Origin: Dehalococcoidia bacterium UBA6495 | Lineage (GTDB): Bacteria > Chloroflexota > Dehalococcoidia > Lucifugimonadales > UBA826 | DNA length: 39,230 bases | Reading direction: 5' to 3' | Assembly: GCA_002435305.1 (NCBI GenBank) | Contig: DJMH01000101.1 | Span: 2,135 to 41,364, forward strand | Part shown: one piece after another, positions 25,633 to 36,455 of the stretch | How positions within the stretch are numbered: position 1 is the first letter of the stretch | Layout of the letters: every line of letters starts with the position of its first letter | Notes under the pieces: generated by a model | Told to the model about the DNA's origin: nothing | Database searches by the model: none | Seen by the model: only the letters and a program-made list of their open reading frames with translations | Position numbers and translations under genes: made by a program

Positions 25633-27199
25633 TAGTATCGTTATGTATAAGTACTGATCTACGGGGTTCCTTTCCCTCACTGATGGATTCCAGTCCATAT
25701 TCTGTGGCTATTTGATGCTGAAGCCTTCTCACAAAAGAGTTTTGCGGTCTTAACAGGATTTCTGGTTCCCCATTGGAGATCCTTTGTGATGCCTGCGTAG
25801 CCTCCAATAGGGCTAATGATTTTTCCGATTCTGAAATCATAGGTCCTGTATCATTTTTTGTAACTGCTTTTACAAATTGCTCAATTTGCTGAACTGTATT
25901 TTTTCTGAGTACAAACACTGGTTTGCCCATTTTTTCGGCACTTTTCAATGCTTGAGTTCCTCTCCTATGGTAATTCTTGGTTGTCACAAGCATCTCTGCT
26001 TTGTTTATGTCAGCGACTAATGTGATAGGCGCATTCATAGACCTGATGACTTGATCAAATCTGCTTTTGTTAACACCGTAGGGCATTATTGGGGTTAATT
26101 TTGCAGTTTCGGTTGGGAATGTATTGTTGGTTCTACGATATGGCTCAACATGCTCATTTGGAAAATCGAGACTTTGGTTGCCTTCACCAGATTTGGAGGA
26201 ACTTGTGTGCTTCCTTATGTGGCCATTTTCTTCCACTGCTCTCACTTCAGAATTTATGGTTTGTTTGCGCAACATTTTATCCACAGTGGAGGCTACATCG
26301 GAATGTACTGTTACTAGGTTCCAACCCTGTATCTCCACTAATTTTTCAAAAGTAGGAGGGGCATTTCTTTCTAATACAGTTTTTTGGGTTCTCCTTCTTC
26401 TAGCCTCAATATCTCCAAGTGTGACGGTTTGAATTCCACCGACTAGGTCTGACAACGTGGGATTCATAATCAAATTTTCAAGACTATTACCGTGAGCGGT
26501 AGCTACCAGTTGAACCCCTCGTTCTGCAATGGTTCTGGCGGCATTGGCCTCCAATTCGGTGCCGATTTCATCTATAACTATGACCTCTGGCATGTGGTTC
26601 TCCACAGCCTCAATCATCACGTCATGTTGTTTAGTCGGATACGGTACCTGCATTCTTCTGGCTCTTCCGATGGCTTTATGTGGGATATCTCCATCTCCGG
26701 CAATTTCATTGGAGGTATCCACCACTATCACTCTTTTTTCTGCATCGTCTGCCAAAACTCTAGCTACCTCTCTGAGCATCGTTGTCTTTCCTACCCCAGG
26801 TTTTCCGAGAAGTAGGACACTTTCCCCGGACAATACTAAGTCTTCTATTATTTTGATGGTTCCATAGACTGCTCTTCCCACCCTGAATGTTATACCTACT
26901 ACCTTGCCGCTACGGTTTCGAATAGCAGATATACGATGAAGGGTGCGTTCTATGCCTGCTCTATTATCAACACCGAACATTCCGATCTTACTAATCGAGT
27001 ATTCCAGATCGTCTTTGGTGACTTCATCGATTTCTAGCAGTTTGTTCTGACCCAAGAACCTTGCTTCCGGTTGCCTTCCTAAATCTAGGACCACTTCCAG
27101 TAATTCCTCCACATTTTCCTGGGCCAATAACTCTGACCTGAATCTTTCAGGAATCACGTCCACAAGGACGTTTAGATCTATATCTGTCTCTCGGATCAC
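25622..27199 (-). CDS. Ycf45/SpoIIIAA-like AAA ATPase with C-terminal R3H domain
   Basis: EVVLDLGR, RAGIERTLHRIS, Walker A GKPGVGKT, DTSNEIAGDG, Walker B VIVIDE, C-terminal RRLQH. Confidence 0.88.
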   Translation of the reverse strand: MIRETDIDLNVLVDVIPERFRSELLAQENVEELLEVVLDLGRQPEARFLGQNKLLEIDEVTKDDLEYSISKIGMFGVDNRAGIERTLHRISAIRNRSGKVVGITFRVGRAVYGTIKIIEDLVLSGESVLLLGKPGVGKTTMLREVARVLADDAEKRVIVVDTSNEIAGDGDIPHKAIGRARRMQVPYPTKQHDVMIEAVENHMPEVIVIDEIGTELEANAARTIAERGVQLVATAHGNSLENLIMNPTLSDLVGGIQTVTLGDIEARRRRTQKTVLERNAPPTFEKLVEIQGWNLVTVHSDVASTVDKMLRKQTINSEVRAVEENGHIRKHTSSSKSGEGNQSLDFPNEHVEPYRRTNNTFPTETAKLTPIMPYGVNKSRFDQVIRSMNAPITLVADINKAEMLVTTKNYHRRGTQALKSAEKMGKPVFVLRKNTVQQIEQFVKAVTKNDTGPMISESEKSLALLEATQASQRISNGEPEILLRPQNSFVRRLQHQIATEYGLESISEGKEPRRSVLIHNDTNEY

Positions 27200-27222
27200 T
27201 TTTGCCGTGGTCCTCCCAAGTT

Positions 27223-27804
27223 TTATTGCATTGAATGAGCGATATTTGCGAACATGGTGTGCATTCTGGGATCTTCAGTTAGTTCAGGGTGAAATGAGGT
27301 AGCAAGAATTCTGTTTTGTTTTACTGCAACTGGTTTTCCTTGATCTACTTCGGCTAATATTTCGACCCCATTCCCTATCTCAGTTACTAGAGGCGCCCGA
27401 ATGAAAATGGCGTGCATAGGGGGTCCGTCCATTCCGTTGATATCCAAGTTTGTCTCAAAACTATCAATTTGTCTGCCAAACGCGTTGCGGCTGACCTCGA
27501 TATCCATCAACCCCAATGGGTTAGGACGTTTATCCTTTAAGTGCTTTGCTATGACTATCATACCTGCACAGGTACCCCATACAGCTAGTCCTTTCCTTAC
27601 TTTTTCGACCAAAGGCTGTCGCATTTCATAGATATCTATCAACTGCACTATGGTCGTACTTTCTCCGCCAGGGATGATTAATCCATCGATATTTTCTAAT
27701 TGTTCAGGCAACCGGACTTCCACAGATTCAATTCCAATAGAATCTAGCATATTTCTATGTTCTAGAAAGTCGCCTTGTATTGCCAAGACGCCTATAGGTG
27801 CCAA
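27223..27804 (-). CDS. pdxT: Pyridoxal 5'-phosphate synthase glutaminase subunit
   Basis: GVLAIQG, PGGESTT, GTCAG, RNAFGRQ, FIRAP, FHPE. Confidence 0.96.
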   Translation of the reverse strand: MAPIGVLAIQGDFLEHRNMLDSIGIESVEVRLPEQLENIDGLIIPGGESTTIVQLIDIYEMRQPLVEKVRKGLAVWGTCAGMIVIAKHLKDKRPNPLGLMDIEVSRNAFGRQIDSFETNLDINGMDGPPMHAIFIRAPLVTEIGNGVEILAEVDQGKPVAVKQNRILATSFHPELTEDPRMHTMFANIAHSMQ

Positions 27805-27806
27805 AT

Positions 27807-28706
27807 TTACCAGCCCCTAGTAGCAAACTGCTCTGATTCAGGCAAAGTTCTAACATCAATTCCTGGCATGGATGCGCCTAATCCTTTGGAGACGGAAGCA
27901 AGCATTTCTGGATCTTTGTAATGTGTCGTGGCTTTGACTATTGCATTAGCCATAATTTGAGGAGTTTCTGACTTAAATATTCCAGATCCCACAAAGACAC
28001 CGTCTACACCAATTTGCATCATCAATGCAGCATCCGCCGGAGTAGAAATCCCGCCAGCTGCGAAGTTCACAACGGGTAAAGCCCCGGTTTGGTGGATGCC
28101 TTTTACTAATTCATAAGGAGCCTTCAAATCTCGGGCTGTGGCCATGAGTTCGTCTGATTCCATACCTCTAATGTGACTAATTTGTCCCAAAACTTTCCTC
28201 GCATGTCGGACCGCCTCTACGATATTCCCCGAACCGGCTTCTCCCTTCGTTCTAATCATAGCGGCACCTTCGCCTATTCTTCTGAGCGCCTCCCCTAAGT
28301 CCCTGGCACCACACACGAAGGGTACCGAAAAGTCATGTTTATTGATGTGATTGTTTTCATCCGCTGGAGTTAAAACTTCGGATTCGTCGATGTAATCAGT
28401 TCCAAGAGCTTCCAAAATCTGGGCTTCTACGAAATGACCGATCCTCGCTTTGGCCATTACAGGGATGGTCACTGCCTCAATTATCTCAGAGATCATTTGT
28501 GGGTCTGACATTCTTGCCACACCACCGTCGGCCCTGATATCGGAAGGGACTCTTTCTAGCGCCATAACCGCCACTGCGCCAGCATCTTCTGCGATTTTTG
28601 CTTGGTCTGGTGTGACCACATCCATAATCACGCCACCCTTCAACATCTGGGCCAACCCTGACTTTACTGTCCAAGTTCCAGTGTTAGGTTTTATTTCTGT
28701 TGCCAT
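27807..28706 (-). CDS. pdxS: Pyridoxal 5'-phosphate synthase lyase subunit
   Basis: [44 protein letters not shown]. Confidence 0.97.
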   Translation of the reverse strand: MATEIKPNTGTWTVKSGLAQMLKGGVIMDVVTPDQAKIAEDAGAVAVMALERVPSDIRADGGVARMSDPQMISEIIEAVTIPVMAKARIGHFVEAQILEALGTDYIDESEVLTPADENNHINKHDFSVPFVCGARDLGEALRRIGEGAAMIRTKGEAGSGNIVEAVRHARKVLGQISHIRGMESDELMATARDLKAPYELVKGIHQTGALPVVNFAAGGISTPADAALMMQIGVDGVFVGSGIFKSETPQIMANAIVKATTHYKDPEMLASVSKGLGASMPGIDVRTLPESEQFATRGW

Positions 28707-28752
28707 GTATAGCCTCCGTTTTCAGTTATGCAAACTGAATGCACTTATACAA

Positions 28753-28782
28753 ATTATAACCCTACATACTGGTAAGCTTCAA
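28753..28782 (-). promoter_or_regulatory. Possible sigma70-type promoter of pdxS-pdxT-AAA/R3H-tmk
   Basis: Minus strand TTGAAG-N18-TATAAT in the gap-pdxS intergenic region. Confidence 0.5.
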
Positions 28783-28803
28783 TTAAGAACAACGATCCTA
28801 TTT

Positions 28804-29817
28804 CTAGAACCCTGCTTTCCCGACCAGCTTCGCCAATTCCACTGTCCTGCAACTGTATCCCCATTCATTATCGTACCAGCCGACCACTTTAGCCATATTG
28901 TCGTCTAGAGTTATCGTGGATAGGCCGTCAATGGTGCAACTATATTTACTCCCGCGATAGTCAGAGCTTACCAAAGGCTCATTGGAATACTGGAGGATAC
29001 CATTAAGGCTGTTCTGGGATACCTCTAGGTATGCCTGGTTAATTTCTTCGGCTGTGGCTCTTTTCTTTAGAGTCGCGACAAAATCTGTAACCGATACGGT
29101 TGCTGTGGGTACCCTGAAGGCCATGCCATGAACCTTCCCTTTTAAATTTGGTAGAACTTGTTCCACCGCCTTCGCAGCTCCAGTTGTAGTGGGGATTATA
29201 TTCATTGCTGCAGCTCTGGCCCTGCGTTTGTCTTTATGCCTTTTATCAAGAACTTGTTGGTCGTTGGTATAAGAATGGATGGTAGTCATCATGCCTTTTT
29301 CTATCCCGAAGGAATCATCCAACACTTTCATCAACGGTGCTGCGCAATTGGTTGTGCATGAAGCATTTGACATTATGTGGTGTTTGTTTTTGTCATAATG
29401 ATGTTCATTGACTCCCAACACTATCGTAATGTCTTCGTTTTTTGCGGGAGCGGAAATTATTACTTTCTTCGCCCCACCTTTTAAATGTCCAGACGCTTTT
29501 ACGGAATCGGTAAACTTGCCTGTACATTCAATGACGATATCGACACCATGGTCTCCCCAAGGTAATGAAGAAGGTGACTCGGAATTTAGACAAACCACTC
29601 GATGACCGTCTATTACAATAGAATCTTCGGTCCATTTAACGTCGCCTTTGAATGTTCCGTAGGTTGTATCATATTTAAACATATGAGTATTACTTTCAGG
29701 GTCTGCAAAGCTATTAATGGCCCCTACCTCGATATCTTTGTACCCCTCTTGAACCACGGCCCGTAATATCAATCTACCTATTCTACCGAAACCGTTAATA
29801 CCAATACGCGTCTTCAT
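28804..29817 (-). CDS. gap: Type I glyceraldehyde-3-phosphate dehydrogenase (possibly NADP-preferring)
   Basis: GINGFGRIGR, SNASCTTNC, IPTTTGAAKA, WYDNEWGY. Confidence 0.96.
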   Translation of the reverse strand: MKTRIGINGFGRIGRLILRAVVQEGYKDIEVGAINSFADPESNTHMFKYDTTYGTFKGDVKWTEDSIVIDGHRVVCLNSESPSSLPWGDHGVDIVIECTGKFTDSVKASGHLKGGAKKVIISAPAKNEDITIVLGVNEHHYDKNKHHIMSNASCTTNCAAPLMKVLDDSFGIEKGMMTTIHSYTNDQQVLDKRHKDKRRARAAAMNIIPTTTGAAKAVEQVLPNLKGKVHGMAFRVPTATVSVTDFVATLKKRATAEEINQAYLEVSQNSLNGILQYSNEPLVSSDYRGSKYSCTIDGLSTITLDDNMAKVVGWYDNEWGYSCRTVELAKLVGKAGF

Positions 29818-29864
29818 GTAATTTGAACCCTTTTAGCCTAATGAGTCTCTTTGTTCATATTTAA

Positions 29865-31157
29865 CTAGTTTATGTAACGGGAGTAAACGTCTCTTCCAGC
29901 AAATCTACACCTACTGGCTAAATTTTCCTCAATGCGTATGAGTCGGTTGTACTTGGCGGTTCTTTCGCCTCTGGCAGGGGCCCCAGATTTTATTTGCCCG
30001 GAATTTGTCGCTACCGCTAAGTCAGATATAAAAGTGTCTTCTGTTTCACCTGAGCGATGACTTATAACTGTGCCCCATCCTACAGATTGAACTAGGTTGA
30101 TAGCCTCTAATGTTTCGGTTAAGGTACCGATTTGATTTGGTTTTATAAGCACAGCATTCGCTGCCCGAGCTTCGATACCTTTTGATATTCTAGTTGGGTT
30201 CGTTGTAAGCAGATCATCTGCAACTAGTTGTATTTTGCTGCCTAAGCGGCGCGTTATTTCCTCCCAGTCACTCCATTCATCATCTGATAAGCCATCTTCA
30301 ATGCTTATGATCGGATACCTTTCTATCCAGGCAGAATACATTTCAATTAGTTGTTCGCCTGAAACTAGTTTTTTTTCACGTTTCAAGTTGTAGAGTTTAT
30401 TTCCTGAGTCAAAAAGTTCCGCCGCTGCCACATCTAACGCAATAAAAAAATGAAGACCGCATTCATAGCCAGAAGAAGTTATGGCATCAACTAATATTTC
30501 TAAAGCAGCTTCGCTAGATGGTAATTGCGGGGCGAATCCACCTTCATCTCCAACCGTGGTACTGAGATTGCTTTCGCTTAGATTGTTCTGGAGCGATTGG
30601 TATACTTCAGAACCGGCTTTAATGGCATCAGAGAAGGTTCTAAACCCGACAGGGACTACCATGAATTCCTGAATGTCAGTGGAATTTTCAGCATGTTTGC
30701 CGCCATTAATAACATTCAACATTGGGACGGGAATTAAGTATTCATCTGATTCCGAAATGTGGGCGAATAACTCCTTCTTAGATGAAATAGCAGCAGCCTT
30801 GGCGGTAGCAAGAGATACTGCCAATGTGGAATTTGCGCCTAAATTACTTTTGTTTTCGGTCCCATCTAACTCAATTAATTTAGAATCTAGTTTTTCTTGA
30901 TCAAAGGCATCAAAGCCTATGACGTTTGGACTTATAATATTCTGGATATTATCAAGTGCTTTCAGAACACCCTTTCCATGGTACCTGTTTTTATCACCAT
31001 CTCGGAGTTCGATTGCCTCATATTGTCCCGTACTGGCACCTGACGGCACGGCAGATGTACCTACAGAACCGTCTTCCAGGACTATATCTACCTCGACCGT
31101 AGGGTTTCCTCTTGAATCAAGGATTTCTCTCGCCTTGATACTATGAATTGAAGTCAT
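29865..31157 (-). CDS. eno: Enolase
   Basis: REILDSRGNPTVE, VPSGASTG, GDEGGFAP, IKPNQIG, SHRSGETED. Confidence 0.97.
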   Translation of the reverse strand: MTSIHSIKAREILDSRGNPTVEVDIVLEDGSVGTSAVPSGASTGQYEAIELRDGDKNRYHGKGVLKALDNIQNIISPNVIGFDAFDQEKLDSKLIELDGTENKSNLGANSTLAVSLATAKAAAISSKKELFAHISESDEYLIPVPMLNVINGGKHAENSTDIQEFMVVPVGFRTFSDAIKAGSEVYQSLQNNLSESNLSTTVGDEGGFAPQLPSSEAALEILVDAITSSGYECGLHFFIALDVAAAELFDSGNKLYNLKREKKLVSGEQLIEMYSAWIERYPIISIEDGLSDDEWSDWEEITRRLGSKIQLVADDLLTTNPTRISKGIEARAANAVLIKPNQIGTLTETLEAINLVQSVGWGTVISHRSGETEDTFISDLAVATNSGQIKSGAPARGERTAKYNRLIRIEENLASRCRFAGRDVYSRYIN

Positions 31158-31170
31158 TTTAGGATGGTCC

Positions 31171-31641
31171 TTACTTTTTGTTGGCTTGGCAGATCGCGAG
31201 CTGAACGGCCTCTTCGGGGTTGTTCGCTACTATTATTCCACAATCTAAATGTTCGTCTCTGAGTAAACTCCACGTGTTCAGGCCAATTACTGATTTTGAG
31301 TCTGACAATGCCAGCCCAATTTCAGACAAAGTCCCATAGGAACCACCGATCGCGATGACCGATTTTCCAGCCCTAGTAACTAGTAAGTTGCGACCATTTC
31401 CAAGTCCGGTACAGATAGGTATGTCAACGTATTCGTTGGAATCAAGAGAGTCCATTCCTGGCAAAATCCCTATAGTGGTGCCTCCATGTTTTTTGGCCCC
31501 TTTGCAAACAGCTCTCATAACTCCTTCTTGGCCCCCACAAACCACTGTTACGTTGGCCTTTGCCAAGAGAGAACCTACCTCTTCAGCAAGCATGGCATTT
31601 TTAGGGGAGGCGGAGCTTTCACCTATTACAGCAATTATCAA
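31171..31641 (-). CDS. TIGR00725-like Rossmann-fold protein (LOG/DprA superfamily)
   Basis: IAVIG, CGG-x2-GVM-x-A-x3-GA, IGILPG, TGLG-x2-RN, GG-x-YGTLSE. TTG start with AGGTGA RBS. Confidence 0.85.
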   Translation of the reverse strand: MIIAVIGESSASPKNAMLAEEVGSLLAKANVTVVCGGQEGVMRAVCKGAKKHGGTTIGILPGMDSLDSNEYVDIPICTGLGNGRNLLVTRAGKSVIAIGGSYGTLSEIGLALSDSKSVIGLNTWSLLRDEHLDCGIIVANNPEEAVQLAICQANKK

Positions 31642-31674
31642 ATATCACCTTATTCGAGATGCCATCTAGAGGCT

Positions 31675-32607
31675 CTATTGAGCTCCTGCCATAACCTCGA
31701 CCAATTCTTGTACCGCTTCCGCGGATTTTCTTAAAGCGTTAAGCTCATCGCCATTCAAATTTAACTCAACTATCTCTTCGACTCCGTTTGAGCCGAGTTT
31801 GACTGGCACACCAACATAGACATCATTGATGCCGTATTGGCCTTGTAAATATGCTGTGCATGGTAATATCTCTTTCTTATCAAAAAGAATGGCTTCTACC
31901 ATCTGAACGATAGATGCCGAAGGGGCGTAAAAAGCACTTCCAGTCTTCAAATAATTCACTATTTCTGCGCCGCCATCCCGTGCCCTTTGCACTATCTCTT
32001 CCATTCTTTTCGGAGCTATCAGTTTAGATACGGGGGTTCCTGCAACATTTGTGCTTTCCACAACAGGTACCATTGTGTCTCCATGCCCGCCAAGCACATA
32101 GGCTGAGACAGAGTTGACAGATACTCCCAATTCTTCCGCGAGAAAAGTTCTGTACCTAGCTGTATCAAGGATGCCAGCCATACCTACCACTCGGGTACTT
32201 GGGAATCCAGTGATTTTCAAAGCTTGTTGAGCCATTGCATCTAGAGGATTTGTGACTATCAGGTGAACGCTGTTGGGAGAAAATTTAGCAGTTTGTTCCA
32301 CCACACTGGTAACTATTTTCATATTGGTGAGTAGTAAATCATCTCGGCTCATGCCAGGTTTGCGGGCTACTCCTGAGGTTACAACGACTACATCAGACCC
32401 TTCGGTTTCTTCATATCCATTTGTACCTACGATGCTGGCGTCTGTTCCCAAAATCGGACCAGATTCAAGCATATCCAAGGCCTTTCCTTGGGGTAACCCA
32501 TCCACGATATCCACCAAAACGACGTCAGCGTAGCCTCCGTCAAAAATGCGTTGAGCTGTTGTCGCACCTACGTTTCCAGCTCCAACAACAGTCACTTTGT
32601 CTCTCAT
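31675..32607 (-). CDS. mdh: Malate dehydrogenase (LDH-like)
   Basis: [22 protein letters not shown] substrate loop, VTNPLD, LDTAR, GGHGD. Confidence 0.95.
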   Translation of the reverse strand: MRDKVTVVGAGNVGATTAQRIFDGGYADVVLVDIVDGLPQGKALDMLESGPILGTDASIVGTNGYEETEGSDVVVVTSGVARKPGMSRDDLLLTNMKIVTSVVEQTAKFSPNSVHLIVTNPLDAMAQQALKITGFPSTRVVGMAGILDTARYRTFLAEELGVSVNSVSAYVLGGHGDTMVPVVESTNVAGTPVSKLIAPKRMEEIVQRARDGGAEIVNYLKTGSAFYAPSASIVQMVEAILFDKKEILPCTAYLQGQYGINDVYVGVPVKLGSNGVEEIVELNLNGDELNALRKSAEAVQELVEVMAGAQ

Positions 32608-32670
32608 TTAATTCCTCTTTTTATGTGTTTTGGTAATCCTAATTTGGATTTTATTTACAAACTAGTCTGA

Positions 32671-34521
32671 CTAGGTGATTATAGCTAGGAGGTCGCCCTT
32701 TACAACAGTTTGTCCAGGCTCTACTGTCAAAGACTGGATACGCCCATCTTTCGGTGAAGGTAAGGTATTTTCCATCTTCATAGCTTCTAAAACTGCTATA
32801 GGGTCACCTTGATTTACCTGTTGGTCCACTTCTACTAAGTATTTCAAAATCACACCTGGCATAGGGGATTTCAGTTCTCCGTCGGAATTTGCTGATGATC
32901 CGTGTAATGTCGGGTTTGAGTCTCTGGATGGCTCTGGATTTCGAATCCCGTCAGAAATTGAAATCATATTTTGGTCAACAGGATCGATTTCCACCTTATA
33001 GAAGGTGTCGTCAATAAACACATTGAAAGATCTAGTCTTCAAACTTTTAACCGGGACTTCCTGTGTTCCTGTTGCAGTAATTTCGTGATTCTCTGAGGGG
33101 TCACCGTCAGCATTTAGATCAAGGGTATCTTTCTGTAAATCAAGGCCATGCTTTACTCTGAGAAATTTCATTCCTGTAGTGGGGTATAACGCGTAAATTA
33201 GAATGTCATCAACATCGCTCGTGATGTCGGCAACTGCTTTTTCTGCTTCTTTTAGTTCAGGCTCTATCAGGTTTCCAGGTCTTTCATTGATGGTCTTTAT
33301 TTCTGAGGTATCATAGAACTTGAAGACTGCTTCTTTAATTTGGCTATCTACCTTGGAAGGGGGCCTGCCGTACATTCCGGTGAGATACTCCTTCACTTGG
33401 TTCGACACCATTTTGTATCTACCAAAAAGCACATTGCTAACTGCCTGAGATCCCACCATCTGACTCATCGGCGTCACCAAGGGAGGGTATCCCAGTTCTT
33501 TTCTAGTGAGGGGGATATCTTCCAGCACCTCATCAAGCCTATCTATTGAGTCAGCTTCCCTAAGCTGCGATACCAAGTTACTCGCCATTCCCCCAGGTAT
33601 TTGATGGCTCAGAACTTTAGCGTCTATAACAGAGGCCTTTGGAGTTTCCAAGTATTCGCGATACTTTGGCAAAATCGATTCTAGATAATCCCCTAAATCG
33701 ATAAGAGTGTCTAGGTCTAGTTTAGGATCATTTTCTGTGCCTTGCAAAGTGACAACAAGTGGTTCTACAGCGGGCTGAGAAGTTCTCAATGCTAGTGGAG
33801 CTAGGCAAGCGTCGACTACGTCTATACCTGCTTCAATCGCTTTTAAAACAGTCATAGAGGCCATACCACTGGTGTAATGGGTGTGTAATTGCAGGGGCAC
33901 CGTCACCACTTTTTTTAATGCTGAAATTAAATCAAAGGCGTCATAAGGCGATAAAAGTCCTGCCATATCTTTAATGCAAAGACTATCCGCCCCCATGTCT
34001 TGAAAAATTGCGGCTCTATCCAGATAATAATCTAAACTATATATTGGCCCACCCATCTTCCCGTTTTCAGTGACTGAATAACAAATTGTCATTTGTAAAT
34101 GCTTATCGTTATTTTTCACAGCTGCAGCAGCCCGAGCTAAATTCCATTCGTCGTTCAATGCATCAAACACCCTAAAAATGTCGATTCCGTTTGTCGCAGA
34201 GCGTTCAACAAACGCGTCTACTACGTCATCGGCATACGCTTTGTACCCCACCAGGGATTGTCCTCTTAGCAGCATTGACAATGGAGTCTTCGTTATTAAT
34301 TTTTTGAACTGGCGTAACCTTTCCCAGGGATCTTCAGCTAAATATCTTGTAGTGGCGTCGAAAGTAGCTCCACCCCATACTTCCATAGACGCGAAACCGA
34401 CCTGATCCATTTGGGCCGCGATGGGTTCCATATCCTTCATTTCGAGTCTTGTGGCAAGAAGGCTTTGGTGAGCGTCCCGGAAGGTGGTATCAGTGATGCC
34501 AAAAGTGTTAAACATGTTCAT
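32671..34521 (-). CDS. Pyruvate/oxaloacetate carboxyltransferase with C-terminal biotinyl domain (PycB/OadA/transcarboxylase 5S+1.3S-like)
   Basis: RDAHQSL-x-ATR, EVWGGATFD, IKDMAG, HTH, HQIPGGM, GYPPLVTP, biotin attachment EAMKM. Confidence 0.9.
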   Translation of the reverse strand: MNMFNTFGITDTTFRDAHQSLLATRLEMKDMEPIAAQMDQVGFASMEVWGGATFDATTRYLAEDPWERLRQFKKLITKTPLSMLLRGQSLVGYKAYADDVVDAFVERSATNGIDIFRVFDALNDEWNLARAAAAVKNNDKHLQMTICYSVTENGKMGGPIYSLDYYLDRAAIFQDMGADSLCIKDMAGLLSPYDAFDLISALKKVVTVPLQLHTHYTSGMASMTVLKAIEAGIDVVDACLAPLALRTSQPAVEPLVVTLQGTENDPKLDLDTLIDLGDYLESILPKYREYLETPKASVIDAKVLSHQIPGGMASNLVSQLREADSIDRLDEVLEDIPLTRKELGYPPLVTPMSQMVGSQAVSNVLFGRYKMVSNQVKEYLTGMYGRPPSKVDSQIKEAVFKFYDTSEIKTINERPGNLIEPELKEAEKAVADITSDVDDILIYALYPTTGMKFLRVKHGLDLQKDTLDLNADGDPSENHEITATGTQEVPVKSLKTRSFNVFIDDTFYKVEIDPVDQNMISISDGIRNPEPSRDSNPTLHGSSANSDGELKSPMPGVILKYLVEVDQQVNQGDPIAVLEAMKMENTLPSPKDGRIQSLTVEPGQTVVKGDLLAIIT

Positions 34522-34542
34522 ATAATCGGGTGAATACGTGGT

Positions 34543-34734
34543 TTATTCATAAGTCGTAGGTCTGCCAACCCATCCTCCAATCACACGATTGTGCGAATAT
34601 GGAAGGGGATAAAGAATCGCATGTTTCCAGGAAGATATTAATTTACCCTGTTTTGAGTCTGAAGTTTTGGTGTCATCTAAATACATTTGAATGGCAGTCG
34701 ATATGGCAGCTATATGTTTCTGGGTTGATTTCAT
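34543..34734 (-). CDS. Small acyl-CoA carboxylase epsilon-like accessory subunit
   Basis: 63 aa immediately downstream of the carboxyltransferase beta gene; IAAISTAIQMYL helix followed by SSWK. Confidence 0.65.
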   Translation of the reverse strand: MKSTQKHIAAISTAIQMYLDDTKTSDSKQGKLISSWKHAILYPLPYSHNRVIGGWVGRPTTYE

Positions 34735-34739
34735 ACCGC

Positions 34740-36302
34740 TTATAAAGGAATGCTTCCATGTTTCTTAGGAGGTATATTTTCTCTTTTGTTAGCCAACATT
34801 TTCAAGGCTCTTATGACTTTTAGCCGTGTCTGACCAGGTTCTATCACGTCGTCTATCATCCCCCTGCTCGCAGCGATGTAGGGATTCATCAGGTTTTCTT
34901 CGTATTCTGATGCCAACTCATTAGCTAATTTTTGCGGATCATCTGACTCTCTGATTTGTGACCTATGGATTATATTAACGGCACCTTCTGCACCCATTAC
35001 AGCGACTTGACCTGTTGGCCACGAGTAATTTATATCCCCTTTAAGGTTTTTACTGCTCATCACGATATAAGCACCTCCATAGGCCTTTCTAGTCAGAACG
35101 CTTATTTTGGGAACAGTAGCTTCCGCGTAGGCGAATATTAACTTTGCACCATGTCGGATAATTCCTCCGTACTCCTGAGAGCTGCCAGGCATGAATCCGG
35201 GAACATCTATAAAAGTGACCAAAGGTATGTTGAAGGCATCGCAGAATCTTACGAACCTTGCGGCTTTGACAGATGCATCTATATCGAGGACACCTGCGAA
35301 ATGGTCGGGCTGTTGAGCGACGATCCCTACGGATTTTCCATCAAACCTTGCGAATCCAACCAATATGTTAGGTGCGAAATTCTTGTGGACTTGCAAAAAT
35401 CTGGCTTCATCCACCACGGTGTGGATGACATCAAGCATATTATAAGGTTGGTTGGGGTTATCTGGTATCAAGCTGTTCAAATTGTCAGAATATCTATCGG
35501 GCGAATCACCACTACTAATTAAGGGAGAGTTTTCCATGTTGTTTTGGGGTAGATAACTTAATAGTTCCTTAACTCTGGCAATGCATGATTCCTCCGTTTC
35601 TTCTGCGAAATGGGCAACGCCGCTCTTAACCGTGTGCGCTTCAGTTCCCCCTAAATCTTCGTGAGATATATCTTCTGAAGTTACTGCCCGAATAACGTCA
35701 GGTCCAGTGATGTACATCTGGCCCAGTCCTTCCACCATGAAAATGAAATCAGTCAAGGCCGGAGAGTAAGTGGCACCGCCGGCAGCCGGCCCCATCATGA
35801 CCGATATCTGCGGTATTACACCTGAAGACATCACGTTTCTGTGGAAAATGGAGCCATAGCCCGAAAGGCTGTCGACTCCTTCCTGGATTCTTGCACCCCC
35901 TGAATCTATTAGCCCGACAATTGGGGCACCGCTTTCAATGGCTTTGTCCATTACTTTGCAGATTTTGTTCGCTACAGCTTCTGATAGCGAACCACCTAGC
36001 ACGGTAAAATCTTGTGCGTAGGTAAAAGTAAGTCTGCCGTTAACTTCGCCGTATCCCGTCACCACAGCGTCGCCTAGAAAATGCTGCTTATCCAAGCCAA
36101 AATTCGTTGACCTGTGCAACACTAACGGGTCCAACTCTTCAAAGGAACCATCGTCTAGCAGCAAGGAAATGCGCTCTCTAGCCGTTAATTTACCCCTTTT
36201 GTGTTGGGCTTCAACCCGTTTATCTCCGCCGCCCTTCAGGCTTAAGGCTTTTTTCCCCAACAATTCGTCATGTTTTTTTGATGTGGAGTTTTCTGGTGAC
36301 AT
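34740..36302 (-). CDS. Acyl-CoA carboxyltransferase beta subunit (PccB / methylmalonyl-CoA transcarboxylase 12S-like)
   Basis: GKLTARER, QDFTVLGGS, DSGGARIQEG, DVPGFMPG, RKAYGGAY, C-terminal KKHGSIPL. Confidence 0.93.
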   Translation of the reverse strand: MSPENSTSKKHDELLGKKALSLKGGGDKRVEAQHKRGKLTARERISLLLDDGSFEELDPLVLHRSTNFGLDKQHFLGDAVVTGYGEVNGRLTFTYAQDFTVLGGSLSEAVANKICKVMDKAIESGAPIVGLIDSGGARIQEGVDSLSGYGSIFHRNVMSSGVIPQISVMMGPAAGGATYSPALTDFIFMVEGLGQMYITGPDVIRAVTSEDISHEDLGGTEAHTVKSGVAHFAEETEESCIARVKELLSYLPQNNMENSPLISSGDSPDRYSDNLNSLIPDNPNQPYNMLDVIHTVVDEARFLQVHKNFAPNILVGFARFDGKSVGIVAQQPDHFAGVLDIDASVKAARFVRFCDAFNIPLVTFIDVPGFMPGSSQEYGGIIRHGAKLIFAYAEATVPKISVLTRKAYGGAYIVMSSKNLKGDINYSWPTGQVAVMGAEGAVNIIHRSQIRESDDPQKLANELASEYEENLMNPYIAASRGMIDDVIEPGQTRLKVIRALKMLANKRENIPPKKHGSIPL

Positions 36303-36455
36303 ATGACTGGATTAAAATACGGATTATTTAATAATATTGATTTGATACAAATACATATATGCGGAATTCATTATAGCTCACTGTAAATAAGTATTTAGTT
36401 CTATTGAAATTTCGTTGTTGATTTGAACTACATCAGAAAAAAGGATTAAACCAAA

